In this document: positions 1-15,567 of the stretch, piece by piece | Layout of the letters: every line of letters begins with the position of its first letter | Numbering within the stretch: the stretch's first letter is position 1 | Origin: Mytilus galloprovincialis | Lineage: Eukaryota | Assembly (NCBI RefSeq): GCF_965363235.1 | Contig: NC_134842.1 | Location: 34,040,757 to 34,104,756 of the forward strand | DNA length: 64,000 nucleotides | Direction: 5' to 3' | The notes under the pieces: generated by a model | The model's input: the letters and a program-made list of their open reading frames with translations, nothing else | Told to the model about the DNA's origin: nothing | The model's database searches: none | Position numbers and translations under genes: made by a program

Positions 1-361
1 TTCATTTGAAAACCTCTATTTTTTGGCATAGGCACATATAAAATTAACTTTTGTCAAATTTTTATAAGTCTCATACATTAAGTATGCTATCATGTACTTT
101 GAATAGCTAATATATTATCCATTGAGACATTAAAAAGTGCAATTTGGTGTTTTTTGGGGATTTTTGAAGCCAAAATTTGAAAGTTGAAATTGTTCTATTT
201 CAACGTCACAATTCAGCAACCAAAGTTGAGATATAAAAAATGCCACATTTTCTATAATATATATCATATGGCTTTGAAACTTTGTAAACTGACTCATAAT
301 ACACTAAGCTTAACTCATGCCAAGTTTTATTGGAATTGGTCAAGTTTTTGGCCCCTAATAG

Positions 362-811
362 GCCCAAGACCACAATTAATGACCCCGCTTTTCGTTGTTC
401 ACGAATATAGTTCCCTTTAATTATAGTGTATTTTTTCTTTATTTTTTTTTCTTTCCCTTTCTCATTCATTTCTTAGCTTTTCTGGGGTGGAAATGAAAGA
501 AGAGAGCTGAAATAAACTTCTGGATGGTTTATTTTAACTGATTTTAATAAGGAAAGAGTGATTAGGCCAGGTGCAAAAAGGTTATATTTACACTTTTCGG
601 AACATCTCTTGACTTGCCTATAGGGGTATGGATGTGTATTGGCCAAATTTGTATGATGTAAAGATGCAATTTTTCTGAAAATTGCATATATTTTTGGACT
701 TGTACTGTACATTACACACACAAAAAATTAGACAAAAAGAATAGGCAATTTTTTTTTAATGCGACAAAACGTTATAAAGAAATGATAGAGGAATTAATTG
801 TGGTCTCGGGC
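362..811. mobile_element. MITE copy (450 bp) inside a satellite unit. 5' terminal inverted repeat GCCCAAGACCACAATTAAT; 3' end ATTAATTGTGGTCTCGGGC. Flanked by CTAATAG / CTAAGAG, a 7-8-bp target-site duplication with one mismatch.
   Basis: Long and short units differ by exactly this 457-bp block (element plus one copy of the duplication). Short units show the empty site gcccctaatag|gtgcatttc. 8-bp duplications are typical of the hAT superfamily. Confidence 0.8.
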
Positions 812-3410
812 CTAAGAGGTGCATTTCAGCAAATTTTGAATTTATACTTTGACAACTTCTCTGAATGATCTATTGGTATTGATTTGTCAAACTATATGAG
901 AAGAAATGATTTCCACTTTTATTTGATAGAAATTTGTAAAAAAAAGTCACTTTTCAGCTGATATGCCCAAAAAGTAGCTTTTTCACTTTTTTCAATATTT
1001 TTGCAAAAGCAGTAATAATTTTTCCTTAATTTTTCTCTGACATTTTTTTTCTGATATTTATTTGTGTTTGTGGTATTTATTTCATGTGTTTTACTCATTT
1101 GTGAACTCTGAACACAAAGAAAAGTGGATAAAAGCATTAAAAGAGTGCAAAATGTGCTGTTTTAATAGTCTAGGTCTAACGGTCCGTACGAAGCAAGTGA
1201 AATATGAAGTTCTATGCACTTAAAAATTTTATTTCTTTAAACAGATTGCACTGAATCTATATCAAAAGCACTTATTACTGGTTGTTTAAACTTGTCTGTT
1301 TCACAGAATACCTTTATTTTCTTCTGTTGGATGGCTGGTGGTTAAAATTTTGGCATTTTAAGACTGAAATTTCATGCAGATTTTAAACAGTAAATTGAAA
1401 AAACTTTGCATCAGACCATACTGTCTACATATATAGTTAAAAGCAACAGTCTTGTAACATCCAGGCTTCATATTTGATCATATCTCAGCAAGGATTTGAG
1501 CAAAAAGAAGCATATTTCCATCTCCAATATCATTTATATGCAATTTAATATGGAAATATAGGGAACGGCCCAAATTGACAACTTGTTATTTTAAGCTTGA
1601 CATTGCTTAAGACCATGTAAAACTCATGTGTTATGCTCTTTGAAACTTATATTTACATCAAAAGAACATTTATGATATGTAAAATGTTTTGTTTTAACTT
1701 AACAACTTCAGAAAATTGTTGTAAGTGGAAAATATTACATTTCATATAAGGCCTCACTTCATTTGAAAACCTCTATTTTTTGGCATAGGCACATATAAAA
1801 TTAACTTTTGTCAAATTTTTATAAGTCTCATACATTAAGTATGCTATCATGTACTTTGAATAGCTAATATATTATCCATTGAGACATTAAAAAGTGCAAT
1901 TTGGTGTTTTTTGGGGATTTTTGAAGCCAAAATTTGAAAGTTGAAATTGTTCTATTTCAACGTCACAATTCAGCAACCAAAGTTGAGATATAAAAAATGC
2001 CACATTTTCTATAATATATATCATATGGCTTTGAAACTTTGTAAACTGACTCATAATACACTAAGCTTAACTCATGCCAAGTTTTATTGGAATTGGTCAA
2101 GTTTTTGGCCCCTAATAGGTGCATTTCAGCAAATTTTGAATTTATACTTTGACAACTTCTCTGAATGATCTATTGGTATTGATTTGTCAAACTATATGAG
2201 AAGAAATGATTTCCACTTTTATTTGATAGAAATTTGTAAAAAAAAGTCACTTTTCAGCTGATATGCCCAAAAAGTAGCTTTTTCACTTTTTTCAATATTT
2301 TTGCAAAAGCAGTATCCTTAATTTTTCTCTGACATTTTTTTTCTGATATTTATTTGTGTTTGTGGTATTTATTTCATGTGTTTTACTCATTTGTGAACTC
2401 TGAACACAAAGAAAAGTGGATAAAAGCATTAAAAGAGTGCAAAATGTGCTGTTTTAATAGTCTAGGTCTAACGGTCCGTACGAAGCAAGTGAAATATGAA
2501 GTTCTATGCACTTAAAAATTTTATTTCTTTAAACAGATTGCACTGAATCTATATCAAAAGCACTTATTACTGGTTGTTTAAACTTGTCTGTTTCACAGAA
2601 TACCTTTATTTTCTTCTGTTGGATGGCTGGTGGTTAAAATTTTGGCATTTTAAGACTGAAATTTCATGCAGATTTTAAACAGTAAATTGAAAAAACTTTG
2701 CATCAGACCATACTGTCTACATATATAGTTAAAAGCAACAGTCTTGTAACATCCAGGCTTCATATTTGATCATATCTCAGCAAGGATTTGAGCAAAAAGA
2801 AGCATATTTCCATCTCCAATATCATTTATATGCAATTTAATATGGAAATATAGGGAACGGCCCAAATTGACAACTTGTTATTTTAAGCTTGACATTGCTT
2901 AAGACCATGTAAAACTCATGTGTTATGCTCTTTGAAACTTATATTTACATCAAAAGAACATTTATGATATGTAAAATGTTTTGTTTTAACTTAACAACTT
3001 CAGAAAATTGTTGTAAGTGGAAAATATTACATTTCATATAAGGCCTCACTTCATTTGAAAACCTCTATTTTTTGGCATAGGCACATATAAAATTAACTTT
3101 TGTCAAATTTTTATAAGTCTCATACATTAAGTATGCTATCATGTACTTTGAATAGCTAATATATTATCCATTGAGACATTAAAAAGTGCAATTTGGTGTT
3201 TTTTGGGGATTTTTGAAGCCAAAATTTGAAAGTTGAAATTGTTCTATTTCAACGTCACAATTCAGCAACCAAAGTTGAGATATAAAAAATGCCACATTTT
3301 CTATAATATATATCATATGGCTTTGAAACTTTGTAAACTGACTCATAATACACTAAGCTTAACTCATGCCAAGTTTTATTGGAATTGGTCAAGTTTTTGG
3401 CCCCTAATAG

Positions 3411-3860
3411 GCCCAAGACCACAATTAATGACCCCGCTTTTCGTTGTTCACGAATATAGTTCCCTTTAATTATAGTGTATTTTTTCTTTATTTTTTTTTC
3501 TTTCCCTTTCTCATTCATTTCTTAGCTTTTCTGGGGTGGAAATGAAAGAAGAGAGCTGAAATAAACTTCTGGATGGTTTATTTTAACTGATTTTAATAAG
3601 GAAAGAGTGATTAGGCCAGGTGCAAAAAGGTTATATTTACACTTTTCGGAACATCTCTTGACTTGCCTATAGGGGTATGGATGTGTATTGGCCAAATTTG
3701 TATGATGTAAAGATGCAATTTTTCTGAAAATTGCATATATTTTTGGACTTGTACTGTACATTACACACACAAAAAATTAGACAAAAAGAATAGGCAATTT
3801 TTTTTTAATGCGACAAAACGTTATAAAGAAATGATAGAGGAATTAATTGTGGTCTCGGGC
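3411..3860. mobile_element. MITE copy (same element as 362-811)
   Basis: Identical sequence and flanks; long satellite unit. Confidence 0.8.
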
Positions 3861-6800
3861 CTAAGAGGTGCATTTCAGCAAATTTTGAATTTATACTTTG
3901 ACAACTTCTCTGAATGATCTATTGGTATTGATTTGTCAAACTATATGAGAAGAAATGATTTCCACTTTTATTTGATAGAAATTTGTAAAAAAAGTCACTT
4001 TTCAGCTGATATGCCCAAAAAGTAGCTTTTTCACTTTTTTCAATATTTTTGCAAAAGCAGTATCCTTAATTTTTCTCTGACATTTTTTTTCTGATATTTA
4101 TTTGTGTTTGTGGTATTTATTTCATGTGTTTTACTCATTTGTGAACTCTGAACACAAAGAAAAGTGGATAAAAGCATTAAAAGAGTGCAAAATGTGCTGT
4201 TTTAATAGTCTAGGTCTAACGGTCAGTACGAAGCAAGTGAAATATGAAGTTCTATGCACTTAAAAATTTTATTTCTTTAAACAGATTGCACTGAATCTAT
4301 ATCAAAAGCACTTATTACTGGTTGTTTAAACTTGTCTGTTTCACAGAATACCTTTATTTTCTTCTGTTGGATGGCTGGTGGTTAAAATTTTGGCATTTTA
4401 AGACTGAAATTTCATGCAGATTTTAAACAGTAAATTGAAAAAAACTTTGCATCAGACCATACTGTCTACATATATAGTTAAAAGCAACAGTCTTGTAACA
4501 TCCAGGCTTCATATTTGATCATATCTCAGCAAGGATTTGAGCAAAAAGAAGCATATTTCCATCTCCAATATCATTTATATGCAATTTAATATGGAAATAT
4601 AGGGAACGGCCCAAATTGACAACTTGTTATTTTAAGCTTGACATTGCTTAAGACCATGTAAAACTCATGTGTTATGCTCTTTGAAACTTATATTTACATC
4701 AAAAGAACATTTATGATATGTAAAATGTTTTGTTTTAACTTAACAACTTCAGAAAATTGTTGTAAGTGGAAAATATTACATTTCATATAAGGCCTCACTT
4801 CATTTGAAAACCTCTATTTTTTGGCATAGGCACATATAAAATTAACTTTTGTCAAATTTTTATAAGTCTCATACATTAAGTATGCTATCATGTACTTTGA
4901 ATAGCTAATATATTATCCATTGAGACATTAAAAAGTGCAATTTGGTGTTTTTTGGGGATTTTTGAAGCCAAAATTTGAAAGTTGAAATTGTTCTATTTCA
5001 ACGTCACAATTCAGCAACCAAAGTTGAGATATAAAAAATGCCACATTTTCTATAATATATATCATATGGCTTTGAAACTTTGTAAACTGACTCATAATAC
5101 ACTAAGCTTAACTCATGCCAAGTTTTATTGGAATTGGTCAAGTTTTTGGCCCCTAATAGGTGCATTTCAGCAAATTTTGAATTTATACTTTGACAACTTC
5201 TCTGAATGATCTATTGGTATTGATTTGTCAAACTATATGAGAAGAAATGATTTCCACTTTTATTTGATAGAAATTTGTAAAAAAAGTCACTTTTCAGCTG
5301 ATATGCCCAAAAAGTAGCTTTTTCACTTTTTTCAATATTTTTGCAAAAGCAGTATCCTTAATTTTTCTCTGACATTTTTTTTCTGATATTTATTTGTGTT
5401 TGTGGTATTTATTTCATGTGTTTTACTCATTTGTGAACTCTGAACACAAAGAAAAGTGGATAAAAGCATTAAAAGAGTGCAAAATGTGCTGTTTTAATAG
5501 TCTAGGTCTAACGGTCCGTACGAAGCAAGTGAAATATGAAGTTCTATGCACTTAAAAATTTTATTTCTTTAAACAGATTGCACTGAATCTATATCAAAAG
5601 CACTTATTACTGGTTGTTTAAACTTGTCTGTTTCACAGAATACCTTTATTTTCTTCTGTTGGATGGCTGGTGGTTAAAATTTTGGCATTTTAAGACTGAA
5701 ATTTCATGCAGATTTTAAACAGTAAATTGAAAAAACTTTGCATCAGACCATACTGTCTACATATATAGTTAAAAGCAACAGTCTTGTAACATCCAGGCTT
5801 CATATTTGATCATATCTCAGCAAGGATTTGAGCAAAAAGAAGCATATTTCCATCTCCAATATCATTTATATGCAATTTAATATGGAAATATAGGGAACGG
5901 CCCAAATTGACAACTTGTTATTTTAAGCTTGACATTGCTTAAGACCATGTAAAACTCATGTGTTATGCTCTTTGAAACTTATATTTACATCAAAAGAACA
6001 TTTATGATATGTAAAATGTTTTGTTTTAACTTAACAACTTCAGAAAATTGTTGTAAGTGGAAAATATTACATTTCATATAAGGCCTCACTTCATTTGAAA
6101 ACCTCTATTTTTTGGCATAGGCACATATAAAATTAACTTTTGTCAAATTTTTATAAGTCTCATACATTAAGTATGCTATCATGTACTTTGAATAGCTAAT
6201 ATATTATCCATTGAGACATTAAAAAGTGCAATTTGGTGTTTTTTGGGGATTTTTGAAGCCAAAATTTGAAAGTTGAAATTGTTCTATTTCAACGTCACAA
6301 TTCAGCAACCAAAGTTGAGATATAAAAAATGCCACATTTTCTATAATATATATCATATGGCTTTGAAACTTTGTAAACTGACTCATAATACACTAAGCTT
6401 AACTCATGCCAAGTTTTATTGGAATTGGTCAAGTTTTTGGCCCCTAATAGGTGCATTTCAGCAAATTTTGAATTTATACTTTGACAACTTCTCTGAATGA
6501 TCTATTGGTATTGATTTGTCAAACTATATGAGAAGAAATGATTTCCACTTTTATTTGATAGAAATTTGTAAAAAAAGTCACTTTTCAGCTGATATGCCCA
6601 AAAAGTAGCTTTTTCACTTTTTTCAATATTTTTGCAAAAGCAGTATCCTTAATTTTTCTCTGACATTTTTTTTCTGATATTTATTTGTGTTTGTGGTATT
6701 TATTTCATGTGTTTTACTCATTTGTGAACTCTGAACACAAAGAAAAGTGGATAAAAGCATTAAAAGAGTGCAAAATGTGCTGTTTTAATAGTCTAGGTCT

Positions 6801-7741
6801 AACGGTCCGTACGAAGCAAGTGAAATATGAAGTTCTATGCACTTAAAAATTTTATTTCTTTAAACAGATTGCACTGAATCTATATCAAAAGCACTTATTA
6901 CTGGTTGTTTAAACTTGTCTGTTTCACAGAATACCTTTATTTTCTTCTGTTGGATGGCTGGTGGTTAAAATTTTGGCATTTTAAGACTGAAATTTCATGC
7001 AGATTTTAAACAGTAAATTGAAAAAACTTTGCATCAGACCATACTGTCTACATATATAGTTAAAAGCAACAGTCTTGTAACATCCAGGCTTCATATTTGA
7101 TCATATCTCAGCAAGGATTTGAGCAAAAAGAAGCATATTTCCATCTCCAATATCATTTATATGCAATTTAATATGGAAATATAGGGAACGGCCCAAATTG
7201 ACAACTTGTTATTTTAAGCTTGACATTGCTTAAGACCATGTAAAACTCATGTGTTATGCTCTTTGAAACTTATATTTACATCAAAAGAACATTTATGATA
7301 TGTAAAATGTTTTGTTTTAACTTAACAACTTCAGAAAATTGTTGTAAGTGGAAAATATTACATTTCATATAAGGCCTCACTTCATTTGAAAACCTCTATT
7401 TTTTGGCATAGGCACATATAAAATTAACTTTTGTCAAATTTTTATAAGTCTCATACATTAAGTATGCTATCATGTACTTTGAATAGCTAATATATTATCC
7501 ATTGAGACATTAAAAAGTGCAATTTGGTGTTTTTTGGGGATTTTTGAAGCCAAAATTTGAAAGTTGAAATTGTTCTATTTCAACGTCACAATTCAGCAAC
7601 CAAAGTTGAGATATAAAAAATGCCACATTTTCTATAATATATATCATATGGCTTTGAAACTTTGTAAACTGACTCATAATACACTAAGCTTAACTCATGC
7701 CAAGTTTTATTGGAATTGGTCAAGTTTTTGGCCCCTAATAG

Positions 7742-8191
7742 GCCCAAGACCACAATTAATGACCCCGCTTTTCGTTGTTCACGAATATAGTTCCCTTTAA
7801 TTATAGTGTATTTTTTCTTTATTTTTTTTTCTTTCCCTTTCTCATTCATTTCTTAGCTTTTCTGGGGTGGAAATGAAAGAAGAGAGCTGAAATAAACTTC
7901 TGGATGGTTTATTTTAACTGATTTTAATAAGGAAAGAGTGATTAGGCCAGGTGCAAAAAGGTTATATTTACACTTTTCGGAACATCTCTTGACTTGCCTA
8001 TAGGGGTATGGATGTGTATTGGCCAAATTTGTATGATGTAAAGATGCAATTTTTCTGAAAATTGCATATATTTTTGGACTTGTACTGTACATTACACACA
8101 CAAAAAATTAGACAAAAAGAATAGGCAATTTTTTTTTAATGCGACAAAACGTTATAAAGAAATGATAGAGGAATTAATTGTGGTCTCGGGC
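7742..8191. mobile_element. MITE copy (same element)
   Basis: Identical sequence and flanks; long satellite unit. Confidence 0.8.
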
Positions 8192-9489
8192 CTAAGAGGT
8201 GCATTTCAGCAAATTTTGAATTTATACTTTGACAACTTCTCTGAATGATCTATTGGTATTGATTTGTCAAACTATATGAGAAGAAATGATTTCCACTTTT
8301 ATTTGATAGAAATTTGTAAAAAAAGTCACTTTTCAGCTGATATGCCCAAAAAGTAGCTTTTTCACTTTTTTCAATATTTTTGCAAAAGCAGTATCCTTAA
8401 TTTTTCTCTGACATTTTTTTTCTGATATTTATTTGTGTTTGTGGTATTTATTTCATGTGTTTTACTCATTTGTGAACTCTGAACACAAAGAAAAGTGGAT
8501 AAAAGCATTAAAAGAGTGCAAAATGTGCTGTTTTAATAGTCTAGGTCTAACGGTCCGTACGAAGCAAGTGAAATATGAAGTTCTATGCACTTAAAAATTT
8601 TATTTCTTTAAACAGATTGCACTGAATCTATATCAAAAGCACTTATTACTGGTTGTTTAAACTTGTCTGTTTCACAGAATACCTTTATTTTCTTCTGTTG
8701 GATGGCTGGTGGTTAAAATTTTGGCATTTTAAGACTGAAATTTCATGCAGATTTTAAACAGTAAATTGAAAAAACTTTGCATCAGACCATACTGTCTACA
8801 TATATAGTTAAAAGCAACAGTCTTGTAACATCCAGGCTTCATATTTGATCATATCTCAGCAAGGATTTGAGCAAAAAGAAGCATATTTCCATCTCCAATA
8901 TCATTTATATGCAATTTAATATGGAAATATAGGGAACGGCCCAAATTGACAACTTGTTATTTTAAGCTTGACATTGCTTAAGACCATGTAAAACTCATGT
9001 GTTATGCTCTTTGAAACTTATATTTACATCAAAAGAACATTTATGATATGTAAAATGTTTTGTTTTAACTTAACAACTTCAGAAAATTGTTGTAAGTGGA
9101 AAATATTACATTTCATATAAGGCCTCACTTCATTTGAAAACCTCTATTTTTTGGCATAGGCACATATAAAATTAACTTTTGTCAAATTTTTATAAGTCTC
9201 ATACATTAAGTATGCTATCATGTACTTTGAATAGCTAATATATTATCCATTGAGACATTAAAAAGTGCAATTTGGTGTTTTTTGGGGATTTTTGAAGCCA
9301 AAATTTGAAAGTTGAAATTGTTCTATTTCAACGTCACAATTCAGCAACCAAAGTTGAGATATAAAAAATGCCACATTTTCTATAATATATATCATATGGC
9401 TTTGAAACTTTGTAAACTGACTCATAATACACTAAGCTTAACTCATGCCAAGTTTTATTGGAATTGGTCAAGTTTTTGGCCCCTAATAG

Positions 9490-9939
9490 GCCCAAGACCA
9501 CAATTAATGACCCCGCTTTTCGTTGTTCACGAATATAGTTCCCTTTAATTATAGTGTATTTTTTCTTTATTTTTTTTTCTTTCCCTTTCTCATTCATTTC
9601 TTAGCTTTTCTGGGGTGGAAATGAAAGAAGAGAGCTGAAATAAACTTCTGGATGGTTTATTTTAACTGATTTTAATAAGGAAAGAGTGATTAGGCCAGGT
9701 GCAAAAAGGTTATATTTACACTTTTCGGAACATCTCTTGACTTGCCTATAGGGGTATGGATGTGTATTGGCCAAATTTGTATGATGTAAAGATGCAATTT
9801 TTCTGAAAATTGCATATATTTTTGGACTTGTACTGTACATTACACACACAAAAAATTAGACAAAAAGAATAGGCAATTTTTTTTTAATGCGACAAAACGT
9901 TATAAAGAAATGATAGAGGAATTAATTGTGGTCTCGGGC
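9490..9939. mobile_element. MITE copy (same element)
   Basis: Identical sequence and flanks; long satellite unit. Confidence 0.8.
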
Positions 9940-12528
9940 CTAAGAGGTGCATTTCAGCAAATTTTGAATTTATACTTTGACAACTTCTCTGAATGATCTA
10001 TTGGTATTGATTTGTCAAACTATATGAGAAGAAATGATTTCCACTTTTATTTGATAGAAATTTGTAAAAAAAGTCACTTTTCAGCTGATATGCCCAAAAA
10101 GTAGCTTTTTCACTTTTTTCAATATTTTTGCAAAAGCAGTATCCTTAATTTTTCTCTGACATTTTTTTTCTGATATTTATTTGTGTTTGTGGTATTTATT
10201 TCATGTGTTTTACTCATTTGTGAACTCTGAACACAAAGAAAAGTGGATAAAAGCATTAAAAGAGTGCAAAATGTGCTGTTTTAATAGTCTAGGTCTAACG
10301 GTCCGTACGAAGCAAGTGAAATATGAAGTTCTATGCACTTAAAAATTTTATTTCTTTAAACAGATTGCACTGAATCTATATCAAAAGCACTTATTACTGG
10401 TTGTTTAAACTTGTCTGTTTCACAGAATACCTTTATTTTCTTCTGTTGGATGGCTGGTGGTTAAAATTTTGGCATTTTAAGACTGAAATTTCATGCAGAT
10501 TTTAAACAGTAAATTGAAAAAACTTTGCATCAGACCATACTGTCTACATATATAGTTAAAAGCAACAGTCTTGTAACATCCAGGCTTCATATTTGATCAT
10601 ATCTCAGCAAGGATTTGAGCAAAAAGAAGCATATTTCCATCTCCAATATCATTTATATGCAATTTAATATGGAAATATAGGGAACGGCCCAAATTGACAA
10701 CTTGTTATTTTAAGCTTGACATTGCTTAAGACCATGTAAAACTCATGTGTTATGCTCTTTGAAACTTATATTTACATCAAAAGAACATTTATGATATGTA
10801 AAATGTTTTGTTTTAACTTAACAACTTCAGAAAATTGTTGTAAGTGGAAAATATTACATTTCATATAAGGCCTCACTTCATTTGAAAACCTCTATTTTTT
10901 GGCATAGGCACATATAAAATTAACTTTTGTCAAATTTTTATAAGTCTCATACATTAAGTATGCTATCATGTACTTTGAATAGCTAATATATTATCCATTG
11001 AGACATTAAAAAGTGCAATTTGGTGTTTTTTGGGGATTTTTGAAGCCAAAATTTGAAAGTTGAAATTGTTCTATTTCAACGTCACAATTCAGCAACCAAA
11101 GTTGAGATATAAAAAATGCCACATTTTCTATAATATATATCATATGGCTTTGAAACTTTGTAAACTGACTCATAATACACTAAGCTTAACTCATGCCAAG
11201 TTTTATTGGAATTGGTCAAGTTTTTGGCCCCTAAGAGGTGCATTTCAGCAAATTTTGAATTTATACTTTGACAACTTCTCTGAATGATCTATTGGTATTG
11301 ATTTGTCAAACTATATGAGAAGAAATGATTTCCACTTTTATTTGATAGAAATTTGTAAAAAAAGTCACTTTTCAGCTGATATGCCCAAAAAGTAGCTTTT
11401 TCACTTTTTTCAATATTTTTGCAAAAGCAGTATCCTTAATTTTTCTCTGACATTTTTTTTCTGATATTTATTTGTGTTTGTGGTATTTATTTCATGTGTT
11501 TTACTCATTTGTGAACTCTGAACACAAAGAAAAGTGGATAAAAGCATTAAAAGAGTGCAAAATGTGCTGTTTTAATAGTCTAGGTCTAACGGTCCGTACG
11601 AAGCAAGTGAAATATGAAGTTCTATGCACTTAAAAATTTTATTTCTTTAAACAGATTGCACTGAATCTATATCAAAAGCACTTATTACTGGTTGTTTAAA
11701 CTTGTCTGTTTCACAGAATACCTTTATTTTCTTCTGTTGGATGGCTGGTGGTTAAAATTTTGGCATTTTAAGACTGAAATTTCATGCAGATTTTAAACAG
11801 TAAATTGAAAAAACTTTGCATCAGACCATACTGTCTACATATATAGTTAAAAGCAACAGTCTTGTAACATCCAGGCTTCATATTTGATCATATCTCAGCA
11901 AGGATTTGAGCAAAAAGAAGCATATTTCCATCTCCAATATCATTTATATGCAATTTAATATGGAAATATAGGGAACGGCCCAAATTGACAACTTGTTATT
12001 TTAAGCTTGACATTGCTTAAGACCATGTAAAACTCATGTGTTATGCTCTTTGAAACTTATATTTACATCAAAAGAACATTTATGATATGTAAAATGTTTT
12101 GTTTTAACTTAACAACTTCAGAAAATTGTTGTAAGTGGAAAATATTACATTTCATATAAGGCCTCACTTCATTTGAAAACCTCTATTTTTTGGCATAGGC
12201 ACATATAAAATTAACTTTTGTCAAATTTTTATAAGTCTCATACATTAAGTATGCTATCATGTACTTTGAATAGCTAATATATTATCCATTGAGACATTAA
12301 AAAGTGCAATTTGGTGTTTTTTGGGGATTTTTGAAGCCAAAATTTGAAAGTTGAAATTGTTCTATTTCAACGTCACAATTCAGCAACCAAAGTTGAGATA
12401 TAAAAAATGCCACATTTTCTATAATATATATCATATGGCTTTGAAACTTTGTAAACTGACTCATAATACACTAAGCTTAACTCATGCCAAGTTTTATTGG
12501 AATTGGTCAAGTTTTTGGCCCCTAATAG

Positions 12529-12978
12529 GCCCAAGACCACAATTAATGACCCCGCTTTTCGTTGTTCACGAATATAGTTCCCTTTAATTATAGTGTATTT
12601 TTTCTTTATTTTTTTTTCTTTCCCTTTCTCATTCATTTCTTAGCTTTTCTGGGGTGGAAATGAAAGAAGAGAGCTGAAATAAACTTCTGGATGGTTTATT
12701 TTAACTGATTTTAATAAGGAAAGAGTGATTAGGCCAGGTGCAAAAAGGTTATATTTACACTTTTCGGAACATCTCTTGACTTGCCTATAGGGGTATGGAT
12801 GTGTATTGGCCAAATTTGTATGATGTAAAGATGCAATTTTTCTGAAAATTGCATATATTTTTGGACTTGTACTGTACATTACACACACAAAAAATTAGAC
12901 AAAAAGAATAGGCAATTTTTTTTTAATGCGACAAAACGTTATAAAGAAATGATAGAGGAATTAATTGTGGTCTCGGGC
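12529..12978. mobile_element. MITE copy (same element)
   Basis: Identical sequence and flanks; long satellite unit. Confidence 0.8.
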
Positions 12979-15567
12979 CTAAGAGGTGCATTTCAGCAAA
13001 TTTTGAATTTATACTTTGACAACTTCTCTGAATGATCTATTGGTATTGATTTGTCAAACTATATGAGAAGAAATGATTTCCACTTTTATTTGATAGAAAT
13101 TTGTAAAAAAAGTCACTTTTCAGCTGATATGCCCAAAAAGTAGCTTTTTCACTTTTTTCAATATTTTTGCAAAAGCAGTATCCTTAATTTTTCTCTGACA
13201 TTTTTTTTCTGATATTTATTTGTGTTTGTGGTATTTATTTCATGTGTTTTACTCATTTGTGAACTCTGAACACAAAGAAAAGTGGATAAAAGCATTAAAA
13301 GAGTGCAAAATGTGCTGTTTTAATAGTCTAGGTCTAACGGTCCGTACGAAGCAAGTGAAATATGAAGTTCTATGCACTTAAAAATTTTATTTCTTTAAAC
13401 AGATTGCACTGAATCTATATCAAAAGCACTTATTACTGGTTGTTTAAACTTGTCTGTTTCACAGAATACCTTTATTTTCTTCTGTTGGATGGCTGGTGGT
13501 TAAAATTTTGGCATTTTAAGACTGAAATTTCATGCAGATTTTAAACAGTAAATTGAAAAAACTTTGCATCAGACCATACTGTCTACATATATAGTTAAAA
13601 GCAACAGTCTTGTAACATCCAGGCTTCATATTTGATCATATCTCAGCAAGGATTTGAGCAAAAAGAAGCATATTTCCATCTCCAATATCATTTATATGCA
13701 ATTTAATATGGAAATATAGGGAACGGCCCAAATTGACAACTTGTTATTTTAAGCTTGACATTGCTTAAGACCATGTAAAACTCATGTGTTATGCTCTTTG
13801 AAACTTATATTTACATCAAAAGAACATTTATGATATGTAAAATGTTTTGTTTTAACTTAACAACTTCAGAAAATTGTTGTAAGTGGAAAATATTACATTT
13901 CATATAAGGCCTCACTTCATTTGAAAACCTCTATTTTTTGGCATAGGCACATATAAAATTAACTTTTGTCAAATTTTTATAAGTCTCATACATTAAGTAT
14001 GCTATCATGTACTTTGAATAGCTAATATATTATCCATTGAGACATTAAAAAGTGCAATTTGGTGTTTTTTGGGGATTTTTGAAGCCAAAATTTGAAAGTT
14101 GAAATTGTTCTATTTCAACGTCACAATTCAGCAACCAAAGTTGAGATATAAAAAATGCCACATTTTCTATAATATATATCATATGGCTTTGAAACTTTGT
14201 AAACTGACTCATAATACACTAAGCTTAACTCATGCCAAGTTTTATTGGAATTGGTCAAGTTTTTGGCCCCTAATAGGTGCATTTCAGCAAATTTTGAATT
14301 TATACTTTGACAACTTCTCTGAATGATCTATTGGTATTGATTTGTCAAACTATATGAGAAGAAATGATTTCCACTTTTATTTGATAGAAATTTGTAAAAA
14401 AAGTCACTTTTCAGCTGATATGCCCAAAAAGTAGCTTTTTCACTTTTTTCAATATTTTTGCAAAAGCAGTATCCTTAATTTTTCTCTGACATTTTTTTTC
14501 TGATATTTATTTGTGTTTGTGGTATTTATTTCATGTGTTTTACTCATTTGTGAACTCTGAACACAAAGAAAAGTGGATAAAAGCATTAAAAGAGTGCAAA
14601 ATGTGCTGTTTTAATAGTCTAGGTCTAACGGTCCGTACGAAGCAAGTGAAATATGAAGTTCTATGCACTTAAAAATTTTATTTCTTTAAACAGATTGCAC
14701 TGAATCTATATCAAAAGCACTTATTACTGGTTGTTTAAACTTGTCTGTTTCACAGAATACCTTTATTTTCTTCTGTTGGATGGCTGGTGGTTAAAATTTT
14801 GGCATTTTAAGACTGAAATTTCATGCAGATTTTAAACAGTAAATTGAAAAAACTTTGCATCAGACCATACTGTCTACATATATAGTTAAAAGCAACAGTC
14901 TTGTAACATCCAGGCTTCATATTTGATCATATCTCAGCAAGGATTTGAGCAAAAAGAAGCATATTTCCATCTCCAATATCATTTATATGCAATTTAATAT
15001 GGAAATATAGGGAACGGCCCAAATTGACAACTTGTTATTTTAAGCTTGACATTGCTTAAGACCATGTAAAACTCATGTGTTATGCTCTTTGAAACTTATA
15101 TTTACATCAAAAGAACATTTATGATATGTAAAATGTTTTGTTTTAACTTAACAACTTCAGAAAATTGTTGTAAGTGGAAAATATTACATTTCATATAAGG
15201 CCTCACTTCATTTGAAAACCTCTATTTTTTGGCATAGGCACATATAAAATTAACTTTTGTCAAATTTTTATAAGTCTCATACATTAAGTATGCTATCATG
15301 TACTTTGAATAGCTAATATATTATCCATTGAGACATTAAAAAGTGCAATTTGGTGTTTTTTGGGGATTTTTGAAGCCAAAATTTGAAAGTTGAAATTGTT
15401 CTATTTCAACGTCACAATTCAGCAACCAAAGTTGAGATATAAAAAATGCCACATTTTCTATAATATATATCATATGGCTTTGAAACTTTGTAAACTGACT
15501 CATAATACACTAAGCTTAACTCATGCCAAGTTTTATTGGAATTGGTCAAGTTTTTGGCCCCTAATAG

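Noticed and set aside
362-811. Possibility that the satellite MITE is a deletion derivative of the hAT element at 48846-51806
   Set aside because: The terminal inverted repeats are unrelated (GCCCAAGACCACAATTAAT versus CAGACATGGGGTCAATTACA). They share only the 8-bp target-site duplication size class.
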